From Bacteroidota bacterium (GTDB taxonomy: Bacteria > Bacteroidota > Bacteroidia > Palsa-965), in the NCBI GenBank assembly GCA_046335555.1, contig JBKDHA010000210.1, positions 11,737 through 75,736 on the forward strand: 64,000 nt of DNA. Direction: 5' to 3'. Within the stretch, counting starts at the first letter, position 1, and each line of letters opens with the position of its first letter. The notes beneath the pieces were generated by a model. That model made no database searches. It had not been told where the DNA came from and was given only the letters and a program-made list of their open reading frames with translations. Position numbers and translations under genes: made by a program. Shown piece after piece: positions 45,000 through 55,255 of the stretch.

Positions 45000-47438
45000 A
45001 TGTCCTTCAAACCTTTTGAAGTTGCTGCAAATTGGATCAAACCTGCATTGCAGCGTACAGTTACCTTTCTGAAATCAAAACGCGGCCGGCATACCGCTGT
45101 TTTGGGTATTATCTGCCTCACCTACTCATTTTGTCTTCCCCGAAATTTATTTGATGACCCCGAAAGCACTGTGCTGCTTTCGGCCGACGGGCAGTTGCTT
45201 GGTGCACGTATTGCGGCCGACGGGCAATGGCGGTTTCCGGAACGTAACGCCGCTCCCGAAAAATTTGCTCAATGCCTCATTCAATTTGAAGACCGCAATT
45301 TTCGTCAGCATCCCGGTGTAAACCCGCTGGCCTTGGGTCGTGCGCTGAGACAAAATATGGGTGGCGGAAAAGTTATCAGCGGAGGCAGCACAATTACGAT
45401 GCAGGTCATTCGTATGTCGCGCAAAAATCCGCCACGAAACCTTTGGCAAAAAGGCATCGAAATAATTCTCGCAACGCGGCTCGAATTGCGTTACAGCAAA
45501 GACGAAATTCTTGCGCTTTATGCAGCTCATGCGCCTTTCGGCAGTAATGTTGTAGGCATTGATGCAGCTGCCTGGCGATATTTCGGCCGCACACCCGAAC
45601 AACTTTCGTGGGCCGAATCGGCTACGCTGGCTGTGCTGCCCAACAGTCCGTCGCTTATTTATCCCGGCAAAAATCAGTTGCGGCTGAAAGCGAAACGAGA
45701 CAGGCTGCTCGACAGGCTTTTTGTTGCAGGAATCATCGACCGCAGCACATGTGATCTGGCGAAACAGGAACCGCTGCCCGGTGCGCCGTATCCGTTGCCG
45801 CGCATTGCTCCTCACCTGCTTCAGCGTGCAGCCGCGGAAGGACTTGCAGGCACAATAATTTACAGCACACTTGATCTCAGTTTGCAGGAGAAAACCGGAA
45901 ACATTGTAGCCCGGCATACACGCACGCTGCGCACAAACGAAATCCACAATGCAGCTGCACTCGTGCTCGATGTGGAAACCGGTAATGCACTTGCTTATGT
46001 GGGCAATTCGCCTGCACCGCTCACTACCGATCTTGCAGGCGATGAATACGGTAACGATGTGGATGTAATTACAGCACCGCGAAGCACCGGAAGCATTCTG
46101 AAACCATTTCTTTACGCGGCAATGCTTACCGACGGCGAACTCCTTCCGAATACGCTTATCGCAGATATTCCCACAGACCTCTCAGGTTACTCGCCCGAAA
46201 ATTTTAACCGCACTTACGATGGTGCAGTTTCTGCTCACCGGGCATTGGCACGTTCGCTCAACGTTCCTGCTGTTCGTATGCTGCAGCAGTACAGAGTTGA
46301 ACGCTTTCACACCTTGCTTCGGCGCAGCGGACTTACAACAATAACAAGGCCTCCCGATGATTATGGTTTATCACTCATTCTTGGCGGTGCCGAAGGAAAA
46401 CTCTGGGATCTTGCAGGAGCGTATGCGTCGATGGCACGCAACCTTAATCATTACAACAAAACAGGCCGCAACCAGCGCAGCGATTTTCATGCAGCAAATT
46501 ATCTCCGTGAACGCACACACAATGATACTGCACTGATTCCGGCTCAGGCGCGTGCTCCGTTTGATCCGGCGGCAACATGGCTCACTTTTGAAGCGATGGC
46601 CGAACTCACTCGTCCCGATGATGAAGCAGCATGGATTCAGTTCAGTTCATCGAAACGGATTGCATGGAAAACCGGCACCAGCTTTGGCTTTCGCGATGGA
46701 TGGGCGATTGGCGTTACACCCAAATATGTGGTTGCCGTTTGGGTAGGAAACGCTGATGGTGAAGGCCGGCCGGGGCTTACAGGCATTGCCACAGCCGCAC
46801 CGGTGATGTTTGACATTTTCAGTTTGCTAAGCACCGGCGAATGGTTTGAACAACCGCAAACTGATATGCAGGAAATTGATGTTTGCGCTGAAAGCGGACA
46901 TCGTGCTTCTGATATTTGTCCGAAACAAAAAATGCGCGTGCCTAAAGCCGGACTCAAAACAGCACCCTGTCCGTATCACCGTACAATACATCTAAGCTCA
47001 TCAGGTTTGTACCGTGTAACGAGCGATTGTGAATCGACTGCGAATATGCTTCACGTTACATGGTTTGTACTTCCGCCGGCAATGGAATTTTATTACAAAA
47101 CAAAAAATCCATCGTATCGTGCAATACCACCGCTTCGCAGCGATTGTGCGGGTTCGGGCGGAACTTCGAGAGCAATGGAATTTGTTTATCCGCGCGATGA
47201 AACGCAGTTGTATATTCCAACTGAGCTAAATGGCCGGCCGGGAAAAGTTGTATTTGAAATTGCACACCGCCGGCCGGGAACAAAAGTTTTCTGGCACCTG
47301 GATCAGGAATATGTTGGCGAAACAAAAGACATTCATCAGTTTGCTTCCGCCCCGGCCGAAGGCCAGCATGTACTTACTGTTGTTGACGAAAACGGCGAAT
47401 CACTCACTATGAAAATTGAAATTGTGAGTAAAAAATAA
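45000..47438 (+). CDS. pbpC: Penicillin-binding protein 1C
   Basis: EDRNF..HPGVN, GGSTITMQ transglycosylase; SILK, SLN, KTGTS; PBP1C C-domain; TATATTTG-N4-ATG start. Confidence 0.93.
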   Translation: MSFKPFEVAANWIKPALQRTVTFLKSKRGRHTAVLGIICLTYSFCLPRNLFDDPESTVLLSADGQLLGARIAADGQWRFPERNAAPEKFAQCLIQFEDRNFRQHPGVNPLALGRALRQNMGGGKVISGGSTITMQVIRMSRKNPPRNLWQKGIEIILATRLELRYSKDEILALYAAHAPFGSNVVGIDAAAWRYFGRTPEQLSWAESATLAVLPNSPSLIYPGKNQLRLKAKRDRLLDRLFVAGIIDRSTCDLAKQEPLPGAPYPLPRIAPHLLQRAAAEGLAGTIIYSTLDLSLQEKTGNIVARHTRTLRTNEIHNAAALVLDVETGNALAYVGNSPAPLTTDLAGDEYGNDVDVITAPRSTGSILKPFLYAAMLTDGELLPNTLIADIPTDLSGYSPENFNRTYDGAVSAHRALARSLNVPAVRMLQQYRVERFHTLLRRSGLTTITRPPDDYGLSLILGGAEGKLWDLAGAYASMARNLNHYNKTGRNQRSDFHAANYLRERTHNDTALIPAQARAPFDPAATWLTFEAMAELTRPDDEAAWIQFSSSKRIAWKTGTSFGFRDGWAIGVTPKYVVAVWVGNADGEGRPGLTGIATAAPVMFDIFSLLSTGEWFEQPQTDMQEIDVCAESGHRASDICPKQKMRVPKAGLKTAPCPYHRTIHLSSSGLYRVTSDCESTANMLHVTWFVLPPAMEFYYKTKNPSYRAIPPLRSDCAGSGGTSRAMEFVYPRDETQLYIPTELNGRPGKVVFEIAHRRPGTKVFWHLDQEYVGETKDIHQFASAPAEGQHVLTVVDENGESLTMKIEIVSKK

Positions 47439-47462
47439 GCATACTAATCAGCACTGATTGCC

Positions 47463-48029
47463 TCAGCCAATTCGAGTATGCACTTCTCTTTCCACAGCTT
47501 TAAATAACTGCCGCGGTTTAAATGTGCGCCACGGCATATCATCAAGCGTGCCGCCCCAATGCACATACCAGTCGATACGCGCATGCTTCATTTCACGCAG
47601 TACATGTTCGCGGAAATCAAGAAATGCAATCCATCCGTCTTCCACTTCTTCAAACCATTCTTCATAATAACTATCATCTGAATAGTGAAAGTTGAGTACG
47701 TTTTCTCCGATAAAAATAAATCTGGTAATACCTTCCTGCATGAGTATTTCGGCAACATCTCGCTTCAGGATCATAATATCATTGTACAGCGCATCATTCC
47801 ATTCACCAATCAGTTCAATTATACAGTAGCCTTCTTCATAATCCGCAAAAAGCAGTTTCATGAAAAGCGTTGACGAACCAAACTCATCCCACTGCGGATG
47901 CAGCAAATAATTATATACCTGATTGGTAAACTCAAACTCACTGTACTCACGTCCGTAAAACGGAGAGCGTTCATCTTCTTCGGCCATGTACAAATGGCGC
48001 CAGTTAAAGAAAGGTTCTATTTGATGCAT
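47463..48029 (-). CDS. Acidic, aromatic-rich hypothetical protein
   Basis: HPQWDEFGS; IELIGEWND; FIGENVLNFH; TAAATTTG upstream. Confidence 0.8.
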   Translation of the reverse strand: MHQIEPFFNWRHLYMAEEDERSPFYGREYSEFEFTNQVYNYLLHPQWDEFGSSTLFMKLLFADYEEGYCIIELIGEWNDALYNDIMILKRDVAEILMQEGITRFIFIGENVLNFHYSDDSYYEEWFEEVEDGWIAFLDFREHVLREMKHARIDWYVHWGGTLDDMPWRTFKPRQLFKAVEREVHTRIG

Positions 48030-48098
48030 AATCAGGCAAATTTACAGCTTGAATTTAAGCTGCAATCAAATCCCGCATTAATACTTATCCTGATTTAT

Positions 48099-49181
48099 TT
48101 ATTCAGCTACAATTTCAATCACAACCCTTCGGTTGAGTAATCTTCCGCCCTCAAGATTATTCGGCATGATGGGCTGTGATTCACCCTTACCATCGGTTTG
48201 CATTCGGTTTTTACTGATTCCTTTTTTAATGAGATAATTCTTTACACTTTCAGCTCGTTCTTGAGAAAGTTTTTCGTTGGAAAGCGAATCACCAACATTA
48301 TCAGTATGTCCGGTAATTAAAATTTTCTTTGTCGGATTTCTTTTCAGATATAAAGCGAGTTGATCCAAATCTTTCGTTGACTTCAAATCAAGTACTGATT
48401 TGTTTGTAGCAAAATTCAGGTTTCTAAGAACCAGCGAATTTCCGGAAGTAAAAACAGAATCTATATTCACAGCGCCTTTAATCACAAGTTCACGCAAACG
48501 AAGTGCAACACCGTCAATGTAATAATGCGCATTAGTTATTCCAGTTAAATCGCCGTGCAGTATTCCGGCTTGTTTTTCTTTCCAGAGAAATGAACCAAAC
48601 AATAATACCTGCTCAGTTCCTTTTGCTTTGTAGGTTTTTGTAAGTGTAGTCCAGTTATCCCGGTCGTTATATCCTGAAGCATTGTGCCACCATAAATCCG
48701 GCTCTTTATCAAGCAGTTTATTTCCATCGTAAACAGGTACAGCAGCATCCGAAAAAACAACTCCAAAATCGTTGAGAAAATCATTCTGCAATACATTATC
48801 TGCGCAACTGATATGTATTGTAAATACATATACACTATCGCGAACAAGAGGTGCGATTAATTTCACCTGCAGATATTCTTTGAATCCGGTGTAATTGCAA
48901 ATCGCAGTCATTGCAATACCATCGTATGCACGTTGCACACCGTAACTGTTTCCTGACGGACGATAACCGCGCACACCATTTTCATGGTAATAATCGCCTC
49001 GACCGCTGCCGCCAATCGGAACTGTCCAAGTTTTCAGGCATTGTTTGCCAAAATATTCACCATCGGGCAAGTGAACATATTCCTCAAAACCCGGGTTGGG
49101 AATAAGGTTTAGATTCTGAGCAGATGCCGGCTGTGCAAGCATTACAAAAGAAACAAGAAGAAAAGAAATTATACTTTTCAT
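48099..49181 (-). CDS. OmpA-family protein with an N-terminal carbohydrate-binding-like domain
   Basis: Signal peptide; NLIPNPGFE; ITGHTDNVG...LSQERAESV...NRRV. Confidence 0.9.
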   Translation of the reverse strand: MKSIISFLLVSFVMLAQPASAQNLNLIPNPGFEEYVHLPDGEYFGKQCLKTWTVPIGGSGRGDYYHENGVRGYRPSGNSYGVQRAYDGIAMTAICNYTGFKEYLQVKLIAPLVRDSVYVFTIHISCADNVLQNDFLNDFGVVFSDAAVPVYDGNKLLDKEPDLWWHNASGYNDRDNWTTLTKTYKAKGTEQVLLFGSFLWKEKQAGILHGDLTGITNAHYYIDGVALRLRELVIKGAVNIDSVFTSGNSLVLRNLNFATNKSVLDLKSTKDLDQLALYLKRNPTKKILITGHTDNVGDSLSNEKLSQERAESVKNYLIKKGISKNRMQTDGKGESQPIMPNNLEGGRLLNRRVVIEIVAE

Positions 49182-49411
49182 TTCATAAAATTAATTGAAA
49201 CTTCTCTGCGCATTCAGTTCATTACAGAGTTAATAAACGCAAAAAAAGTCCCATTTATGATTTATTACCTATCTTTGTAACAGATTTCAATTTATATCGT
49301 TTCTGTTTATCTCTGCCTCAAGGCATATCAACAGCCTCGCGTCCCCGAAATCACTTTCATAGTTTCACTGCCAAACGAACTGACGCACGGGGCAATCAAA
49401 TTTTATTAGAA

Positions 49412-50815
49412 ATGCAATTTCATGAACTTGGGATCAATGCCCAACTCGTGCAGAATCTTCATAACGAAGGTTATGTACAACCCACGCCTATTCAGCAACA
49501 GGCTATTCCTCATGTGCTGAACCGAAAAGATGTATTCGGGATGGCACAAACCGGCACCGGCAAAACTGCCGCATTCGCTTTGCCAATTATTCAACTTGTT
49601 TCGGGCGAACATCAGAACCCGCAACACCGCAAACCTGTAGTGCTTGTTCTTGCACCAACACGTGAACTGGCTTCACAAATCAATGAAAGTTTTGTTGCTT
49701 ACGGAAAAGGTGTTGGACTTCGTTCAGCAGTAATTTTCGGAGGCGTATCACAACGTCCGCAGGAAGAATCGCTTCGCCGCGGTGTTGATATTGTTGTGGC
49801 TACTCCCGGTCGTTTACTTGACCTTATGAATCAGGGCGTAATTAAGCTCGACACTATTCGTTACCTCGTGCTTGATGAAGTGGATCGTATGCTCGACATG
49901 GGCTTCATTCACGACATCCGCCGCATTCTGCCCAAGCTTCCGGTAAAACGCCAAACACTGTTTTTCTCAGCTACTGCTCCAGATGAAATCATCAAGCTTT
50001 CATCAGCATTGCTGCAGAGTCCTGTGCATGTTCGTGTAGCTGCAGTATCTGCACCAGCCGAAACTGTTCAGCAATCGTTCTTTTACATTCCGAAAGCTGA
50101 TAAACCGAAGCTGCTGCTTCACCTGCTTCAAACCGAAGTGCTGGAGCGCGTACTTGTTTTCTCGCGCACCAAACACGGCTGTGATCGAATTGCCCGCGTA
50201 CTTACACGCGCCGGAATTACAGCAGCACCTATTCACGGCGATAAATCTCAGAATGCGCGCGAACGTGCGCTCGACGGATTCAAGAAAAGCACAGTTCGCA
50301 TTCTTGTAGCCACTGATATTGCAGCTCGCGGAATTGATATTGATGAGTTAACGTATGTCATCAACTACGACCTTCCCGAAGTAGCTGAAACGTATGTACA
50401 CCGCATTGGCCGCACAGGCCGCGCAGGTACAAGCGGAAAAGCAATTTCGTTTTGTTCGGATGAAGAAAAAGACTACCTCACTGATATTCGTAAGTTGGTT
50501 GGTAAAGAGAAAATTGCCCTCCGCGCAACTCCCGAAGTTTCAGGCGTAGATGTGCCTTCATCAAAACCGGCAGCAGCTCACACCTGGGCTCCCGGCCGCG
50601 AACGCAAAGCATCACGTTTTGGCAAAAAGCCCGGAAACAGCAACGGCGGCGGCGGAAACCGCACACGCATCAGCCGCAATGATTCTGCAGCACCAAACAC
50701 ACAACAGCCGAAAACACAGCAACGCTCACAAAACAGCGGCAGCTCTGCACAACCCGGCAAAAAACGAAACCGCAACCGGAATCGCAGTAAATTCAGCAAG
50801 CCGGTTGGTGTTTAA
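49412..50815 (+). CDS. DEAD-box RNA helicase (RhlE-like) with basic C-terminal tail
   Basis: Q motif; AQTGTGKT; PTRELA; TPGRL; DEVD; SAT; HRIGRTGRAG. Confidence 0.95.
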   Translation: MQFHELGINAQLVQNLHNEGYVQPTPIQQQAIPHVLNRKDVFGMAQTGTGKTAAFALPIIQLVSGEHQNPQHRKPVVLVLAPTRELASQINESFVAYGKGVGLRSAVIFGGVSQRPQEESLRRGVDIVVATPGRLLDLMNQGVIKLDTIRYLVLDEVDRMLDMGFIHDIRRILPKLPVKRQTLFFSATAPDEIIKLSSALLQSPVHVRVAAVSAPAETVQQSFFYIPKADKPKLLLHLLQTEVLERVLVFSRTKHGCDRIARVLTRAGITAAPIHGDKSQNARERALDGFKKSTVRILVATDIAARGIDIDELTYVINYDLPEVAETYVHRIGRTGRAGTSGKAISFCSDEEKDYLTDIRKLVGKEKIALRATPEVSGVDVPSSKPAAAHTWAPGRERKASRFGKKPGNSNGGGGNRTRISRNDSAAPNTQQPKTQQRSQNSGSSAQPGKKRNRNRNRSKFSKPVGV

Positions 50816-50835
50816 GTTTTAGAATAATTAAATAG

Positions 50836-50874
50836 AAAAAGAGGGAATGAAGCAAAGCTTCATTCCCTCTTTTT
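50836..50874. terminator. Bidirectional intrinsic terminator
   Basis: aaaaagagggaatgaagc-aaa-gcttcattccctcttttt. Confidence 0.9.
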
Positions 50875-50876
50875 AG

Positions 50877-50918
50877 TTTACACTTTTCACTCATCACTTT
50901 ACATTCATCACTTTACAT
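50877..50918 (-). repeat. Heptamer array running out of the murQ stop codon
   Basis: tttacacttttcactcatcactttacattcatcactttacat. Confidence 0.8.
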
Positions 50919-51722
50919 TCCGGCGAAGCCGGCAACCGCTTTTCGCACACTGCCTTGTTCTTTCAGCAGCTTCGCAGCCGCTTCATACTCCAAACCAGTT
51001 GCATCCATCACCATGCGTACCCCGCGGTCAATAAGTTTGTTGTTGCTGAGTTGCATATCTACCATGCGATTGCCTTTTACACGGCCAAGCTGAATCATGG
51101 TAGCGGTTGAAATCATATTCAGAATCAGCTTTTGTGCTGTGCCTGATTTCATGCGGGTGCTGCCGGTAACGAACTCAGGACCAACAACAGCAACTACCGG
51201 AAACTTTGCCGTTTGTGCCAGCGGACTATCGGGATTGCAGGTAATGCAGCCGGTTATGATTCCTTCTGAATTGCATTTCTCCAATGCGCCAATTACATAA
51301 GGCGTTGTGCCCGATGCGGCAATTCCGATGACCACATCATTTGCATTAATCAAATGTTCCTGCAAATCTTTCCAGCCTTGTTCGCGGTCGTCTTCGGCAA
51401 ACTCAACGGCTTTGCGAATTGCAGTATCTCCGCCGGCAATTAATCCGATTACCAGACCATGCTCAACACCAAATGTTGGCGGGCATTCCGAAGCATCAAC
51501 AATGCCGAGTCGTCCGCTAGTTCCTGCTCCCATGTAAAACAAACGTCCGCCCGATTTCAGTTTCTGCACCACCTGTTGGGTAAGTGCTTCGATTTGCGGA
51601 ATTGCTTGTGCAATGGCTTGCGGAACGGTTTGATCTTCGCGGTTAATATTGACCAGCAACTCTTGAAGCGATTGTTCTTCAAGATTGCTGTAATGCGATT
51701 CTGATTCGGTGATGCGTTTCAC
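50913..51722 (-). CDS. murQ: N-acetylmuramic acid 6-phosphate etherase
   Basis: GAGTSGRLG..DASECPPTFG; GPEFVTGSTRMKSGTAQK. Confidence 0.97.
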   Translation of the reverse strand: MKRITESESHYSNLEEQSLQELLVNINREDQTVPQAIAQAIPQIEALTQQVVQKLKSGGRLFYMGAGTSGRLGIVDASECPPTFGVEHGLVIGLIAGGDTAIRKAVEFAEDDREQGWKDLQEHLINANDVVIGIAASGTTPYVIGALEKCNSEGIITGCITCNPDSPLAQTAKFPVVAVVGPEFVTGSTRMKSGTAQKLILNMISTATMIQLGRVKGNRMVDMQLSNNKLIDRGVRMVMDATGLEYEAAAKLLKEQGSVRKAVAGFAGM

Positions 51723-51794
51723 GGCAATGGTTTAAAATGCTTTGGAAAAGAAAAGAGCCGCCGGTTGCGGCGACTCTCTCAATATGGATTCAGT

Positions 51795-54224
51795 TTAATA
51801 CAGCGAAGGCCACTTTACAGGATTCGACTCGTGCATCATTTCATACACTGCTTCGTAAATATCTTCGGTAGAAGGCTTGCTGAAATAATCGCCATCTGAT
51901 CCGTAAGCCGGACGATGCTCTTTAGCTGCCAAAGTACGCGGATTGCTGTCGAGCCAGCGGAATGCGCCTTGTACTTCCATAACTTGCTGGAGAATGAACG
52001 CACTTGCTCCGCCGGGTACATCTTCATCAACCACAATAAGGCGGTTGGTTTTATTCACTGACTCGGCAATGCGGTGATTGAGATCGAACGGCAGAAGTGT
52101 TTGTACGTCGATGATTTCAACATTTATATCCGCTTCTTGCAACTGACGGGCAGCATCCGCAGCAAGACGCAGCGTTGGGCCGTAGCTGACAAGTGTAATA
52201 TCGGTTCCTTCGCGGAGCACTTCGGGCTGACCGAGCGGCACGCAGAAATCGCCCATGTTTTCGGGCTGCTTTTCTTTAAGGCGGTAAGAGTTGAGCGGCT
52301 CAACTACAAGGCCCGGATCATCGCTGCGAAGCAGTGTGTTGTAGAAACCCGCAGCCTGTGTCATGTTGCGCGGAACGCAAACATGAATGCCGCGAACAGC
52401 ATTTATTATCATGCCCATCGGTGAACCCGAATGCCATACACCTTCCAAGCGATGCCCGCGAGTGCTGATAATTACAGGCGCTTTTTGTCCGCCCATAGTG
52501 CGCCACTGCACAGTAGCCAGATCATCGCTCATAGCTTGCAGTGCATACAGCAAATAGTCGAGGTACTGAATTTCTGCAATCGGTCGTAAACCGCGCATAG
52601 CCATACCTATAGCCTGACCGAGGATTGTTGCTTCACGAATGCCGGTATCAAAAACGCGAATCACTCCGTATTTTTTCTGCAAACCTTCGAGGCTTTGATT
52701 TACGCCGCCAATTCCTCCGGCATCTTCACCAAAAATGCAGACTTCGGGATAGCGTTGCAGGATGGCATCAAAATTATCGCGCAAAATTTCGTAACCGTTG
52801 CTCATTTTATCATCGGCACTGTACTTCGGAGCAACCGGTGTTACGGCTGTTGCAGCATGAGCGCTCTGACTGGTGAGTTGTGAGCTGTAGCGGTTAAAAT
52901 TTGTAGCCGTATTTTGTTTTATCCATTCGGTAAGACGTGTGCGCGATGCAGAATTTTCGTTTCGGACATAGCGCAGTGCTGCACGGGCTGCGGTAAAAAT
53001 ATCGCGGCGAATTGGTTCTGATGTTTCTGCAAGTGTGTTGCGAAGCTTGGTAATAAATACACCGTTTGCGCTTTCGGCGGCAAGTGCGTCAAGCAAAGCA
53101 AGCACTTCTTTTACTTCGGCAGTTAACGGCGTTGTAAAAGCGTCCCACGCAGCGCGACGGGCATTGCGCACCATCTCTTTTGCATTTTTCTCAATGGCAT
53201 CAAGTTCTTCGTTTGTGGCTAATGCATTTGAGGCAATCCACTCACGGAACTTTGCAATACAATCGAAATCTTTTTCCCACTGCAAACGTTCCGGCGATTT
53301 GTATCGCTCATGCGAACCTGAAGTGGAGTGCCCTTGCGGCTGACATACCTGCTCTACGTGAACGAGAACCGGAACGTGTTCTTCACGGCAAATTTTTGCA
53401 GCTTTTTCGTATGTTTCAACAAGATGAGCATAGTCCCAGCCACGGGTTTTCAGAATTTCGTAGCCGGGTTTTTCAGCAGTGCGCTGAAAACCGGATAGTG
53501 CTTCTGAAATACTTTCTTTGGTTGTCTGATATTTTTTGGAAACAGAAATTCCGTAGCCATCATCCCAAACCGAAACGAGCATCGGAATTTGCTGCACACC
53601 GGCGGCATTAATGGCTTCCCAAAAATGACCTTCAGAGGTTGACGCATCGCCAATGGTTCCGAATGCTATTTCGTTGCCTTTATCAGAAAAAATGCTGTAC
53701 TGCGGTGCATGCAACAGTTCGTTATGGCGATACTGTTTTGATGCAAGTGCAAGACCAACCAGACGCAGCATTTGTCCGGCAGTCGGAGAAATATCTGACG
53801 ATGAATTTTTAATCTCCATCAGGTTCTTCCAGCTTCCGTCGGCATTGAGGCTGCGGGTTGCATAGTGGCCATTCATTTGCCGCCCGGCCGACGAAGGTTC
53901 GGCTTCAACATCAGTATGTGCGTAGAGTTGAGCAAACCACTGTTGCACATTCAGGTTTCCGGTGGCAAACATGAATGTTTGATCGCGATAATAGCCCGAG
54001 CGAAAATCTCCGTTGCGGAAAACTTTTGCCATTGCTACCTGTGCGAGTTCTTTACCGTCGCCGAAAATGCCAAACTTGGCTTTACCGGTGAGTACTTCTT
54101 TACGGCCGGTTAGACTTGCTTCCCGGCTTTCAACAGCAATGCGGTAATCGTTCAGCACAATATCGCGGAAGTTTTTTTCGGCTTCAGAAAGTTTAACCGT
54201 TTGGCTTGCAGCAGCGTTACTCAT
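51795..54224 (-). CDS. 2-oxoacid dehydrogenase E1, fused alpha/beta (branched-chain type)
   Basis: GDASTSEG TPP-binding motif; GHSTSG; FGED; DTGIRE; EIQY; EIIDVQTL. Confidence 0.92.
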   Translation of the reverse strand: MSNAAASQTVKLSEAEKNFRDIVLNDYRIAVESREASLTGRKEVLTGKAKFGIFGDGKELAQVAMAKVFRNGDFRSGYYRDQTFMFATGNLNVQQWFAQLYAHTDVEAEPSSAGRQMNGHYATRSLNADGSWKNLMEIKNSSSDISPTAGQMLRLVGLALASKQYRHNELLHAPQYSIFSDKGNEIAFGTIGDASTSEGHFWEAINAAGVQQIPMLVSVWDDGYGISVSKKYQTTKESISEALSGFQRTAEKPGYEILKTRGWDYAHLVETYEKAAKICREEHVPVLVHVEQVCQPQGHSTSGSHERYKSPERLQWEKDFDCIAKFREWIASNALATNEELDAIEKNAKEMVRNARRAAWDAFTTPLTAEVKEVLALLDALAAESANGVFITKLRNTLAETSEPIRRDIFTAARAALRYVRNENSASRTRLTEWIKQNTATNFNRYSSQLTSQSAHAATAVTPVAPKYSADDKMSNGYEILRDNFDAILQRYPEVCIFGEDAGGIGGVNQSLEGLQKKYGVIRVFDTGIREATILGQAIGMAMRGLRPIAEIQYLDYLLYALQAMSDDLATVQWRTMGGQKAPVIISTRGHRLEGVWHSGSPMGMIINAVRGIHVCVPRNMTQAAGFYNTLLRSDDPGLVVEPLNSYRLKEKQPENMGDFCVPLGQPEVLREGTDITLVSYGPTLRLAADAARQLQEADINVEIIDVQTLLPFDLNHRIAESVNKTNRLIVVDEDVPGGASAFILQQVMEVQGAFRWLDSNPRTLAAKEHRPAYGSDGDYFSKPSTEDIYEAVYEMMHESNPVKWPSLY

Positions 54225-54298
54225 ACGTGGCGCAGGTTGAAGTGAATGATTCGTAATTATGTTCTGCGAATTTACGGAAAAGCCGCCATCTTTGCAGT

Positions 54299-55255
54299 AT
54301 GTCTGTCCCAGCTCTTCGCAAACGTTTTGCCTTTACCGGTCACAGCGGGGCTGTTTATGCCCTGTCGCCCGGTTTTTCAGCACAACAAATTCTCAGTGGC
54401 GGCAGTGATCATTTTATTGCTTCGTGGAATCTGGAAACTGGTGAGCAAGACGGATTTACGGCTCAGCTTCCTGCTCCGGTGTATAGTTTAATGCAGCTTC
54501 CGGGAGGGCAATTTTTACTGGCCGGAACAGGTGCCGGCAGTCTTCATATTATTGATATACAGCAGCGCCGAGAGGTAAAAATTCTTCAATTGCATACTGC
54601 TGCGGTTTTTGATTTAGCCGTTGCTCCGGCTCATGGTCTGTTTTTTACCGCCGGGGGCGACGGGCAGTTGGGCGTTTGCGATGCAGATACTCTTGAACTG
54701 CTTAAAATTAGAAAGCTGTGTACCGGCAAAGTCCGTGGCCTGGCAGTTCACCCTTCCGGCAATTTATTGGCTGTAGCTTCGGGCGATGGAAATGTTCGCA
54801 TTTTTGAATTACCCGCTGTTACAGAAATTGCCTGCTTCGCTGCTCATGCTCAATCGGCCAATTGCGTTAGCTGGTCGCCCGACGGCAACATACTGCTCAG
54901 CGGCGGAAAAGATGCCCATCTGAATGTTTGGAATGCCGCGGAAAACTTTGCACGCATAGAATCTATTCCGGCTCATAACTATGCTATTTATAGTATAGTT
55001 TGGTCGCCCGACGGAACTTATTTTGCAACAGGCAGTCGCGACAAAACCGTGAAAATCTGGGATCCGGAAACCCGAAATGTATTGCTGCGAATTAATCGTG
55101 AACGCTTTAATGCGCATCATAATTCGGTAAACCGGTTGCTCTGGACTGATTATCAGGATTTATTAGTTTCAACCGGCGATGACCGGGCTGTTTTGGTTTG
55201 GGAAATACACGATGAAGCGCGGAATGTTTTGAAAGCATTAGGGCTGCGCAAATAA
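54299..55255 (+). CDS. WD40-repeat protein
   Basis: About 7 GH/AH...SGG.D...IW repeats. Confidence 0.9.
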   Translation: MSVPALRKRFAFTGHSGAVYALSPGFSAQQILSGGSDHFIASWNLETGEQDGFTAQLPAPVYSLMQLPGGQFLLAGTGAGSLHIIDIQQRREVKILQLHTAAVFDLAVAPAHGLFFTAGGDGQLGVCDADTLELLKIRKLCTGKVRGLAVHPSGNLLAVASGDGNVRIFELPAVTEIACFAAHAQSANCVSWSPDGNILLSGGKDAHLNVWNAAENFARIESIPAHNYAIYSIVWSPDGTYFATGSRDKTVKIWDPETRNVLLRINRERFNAHHNSVNRLLWTDYQDLLVSTGDDRAVLVWEIHDEARNVLKALGLRK

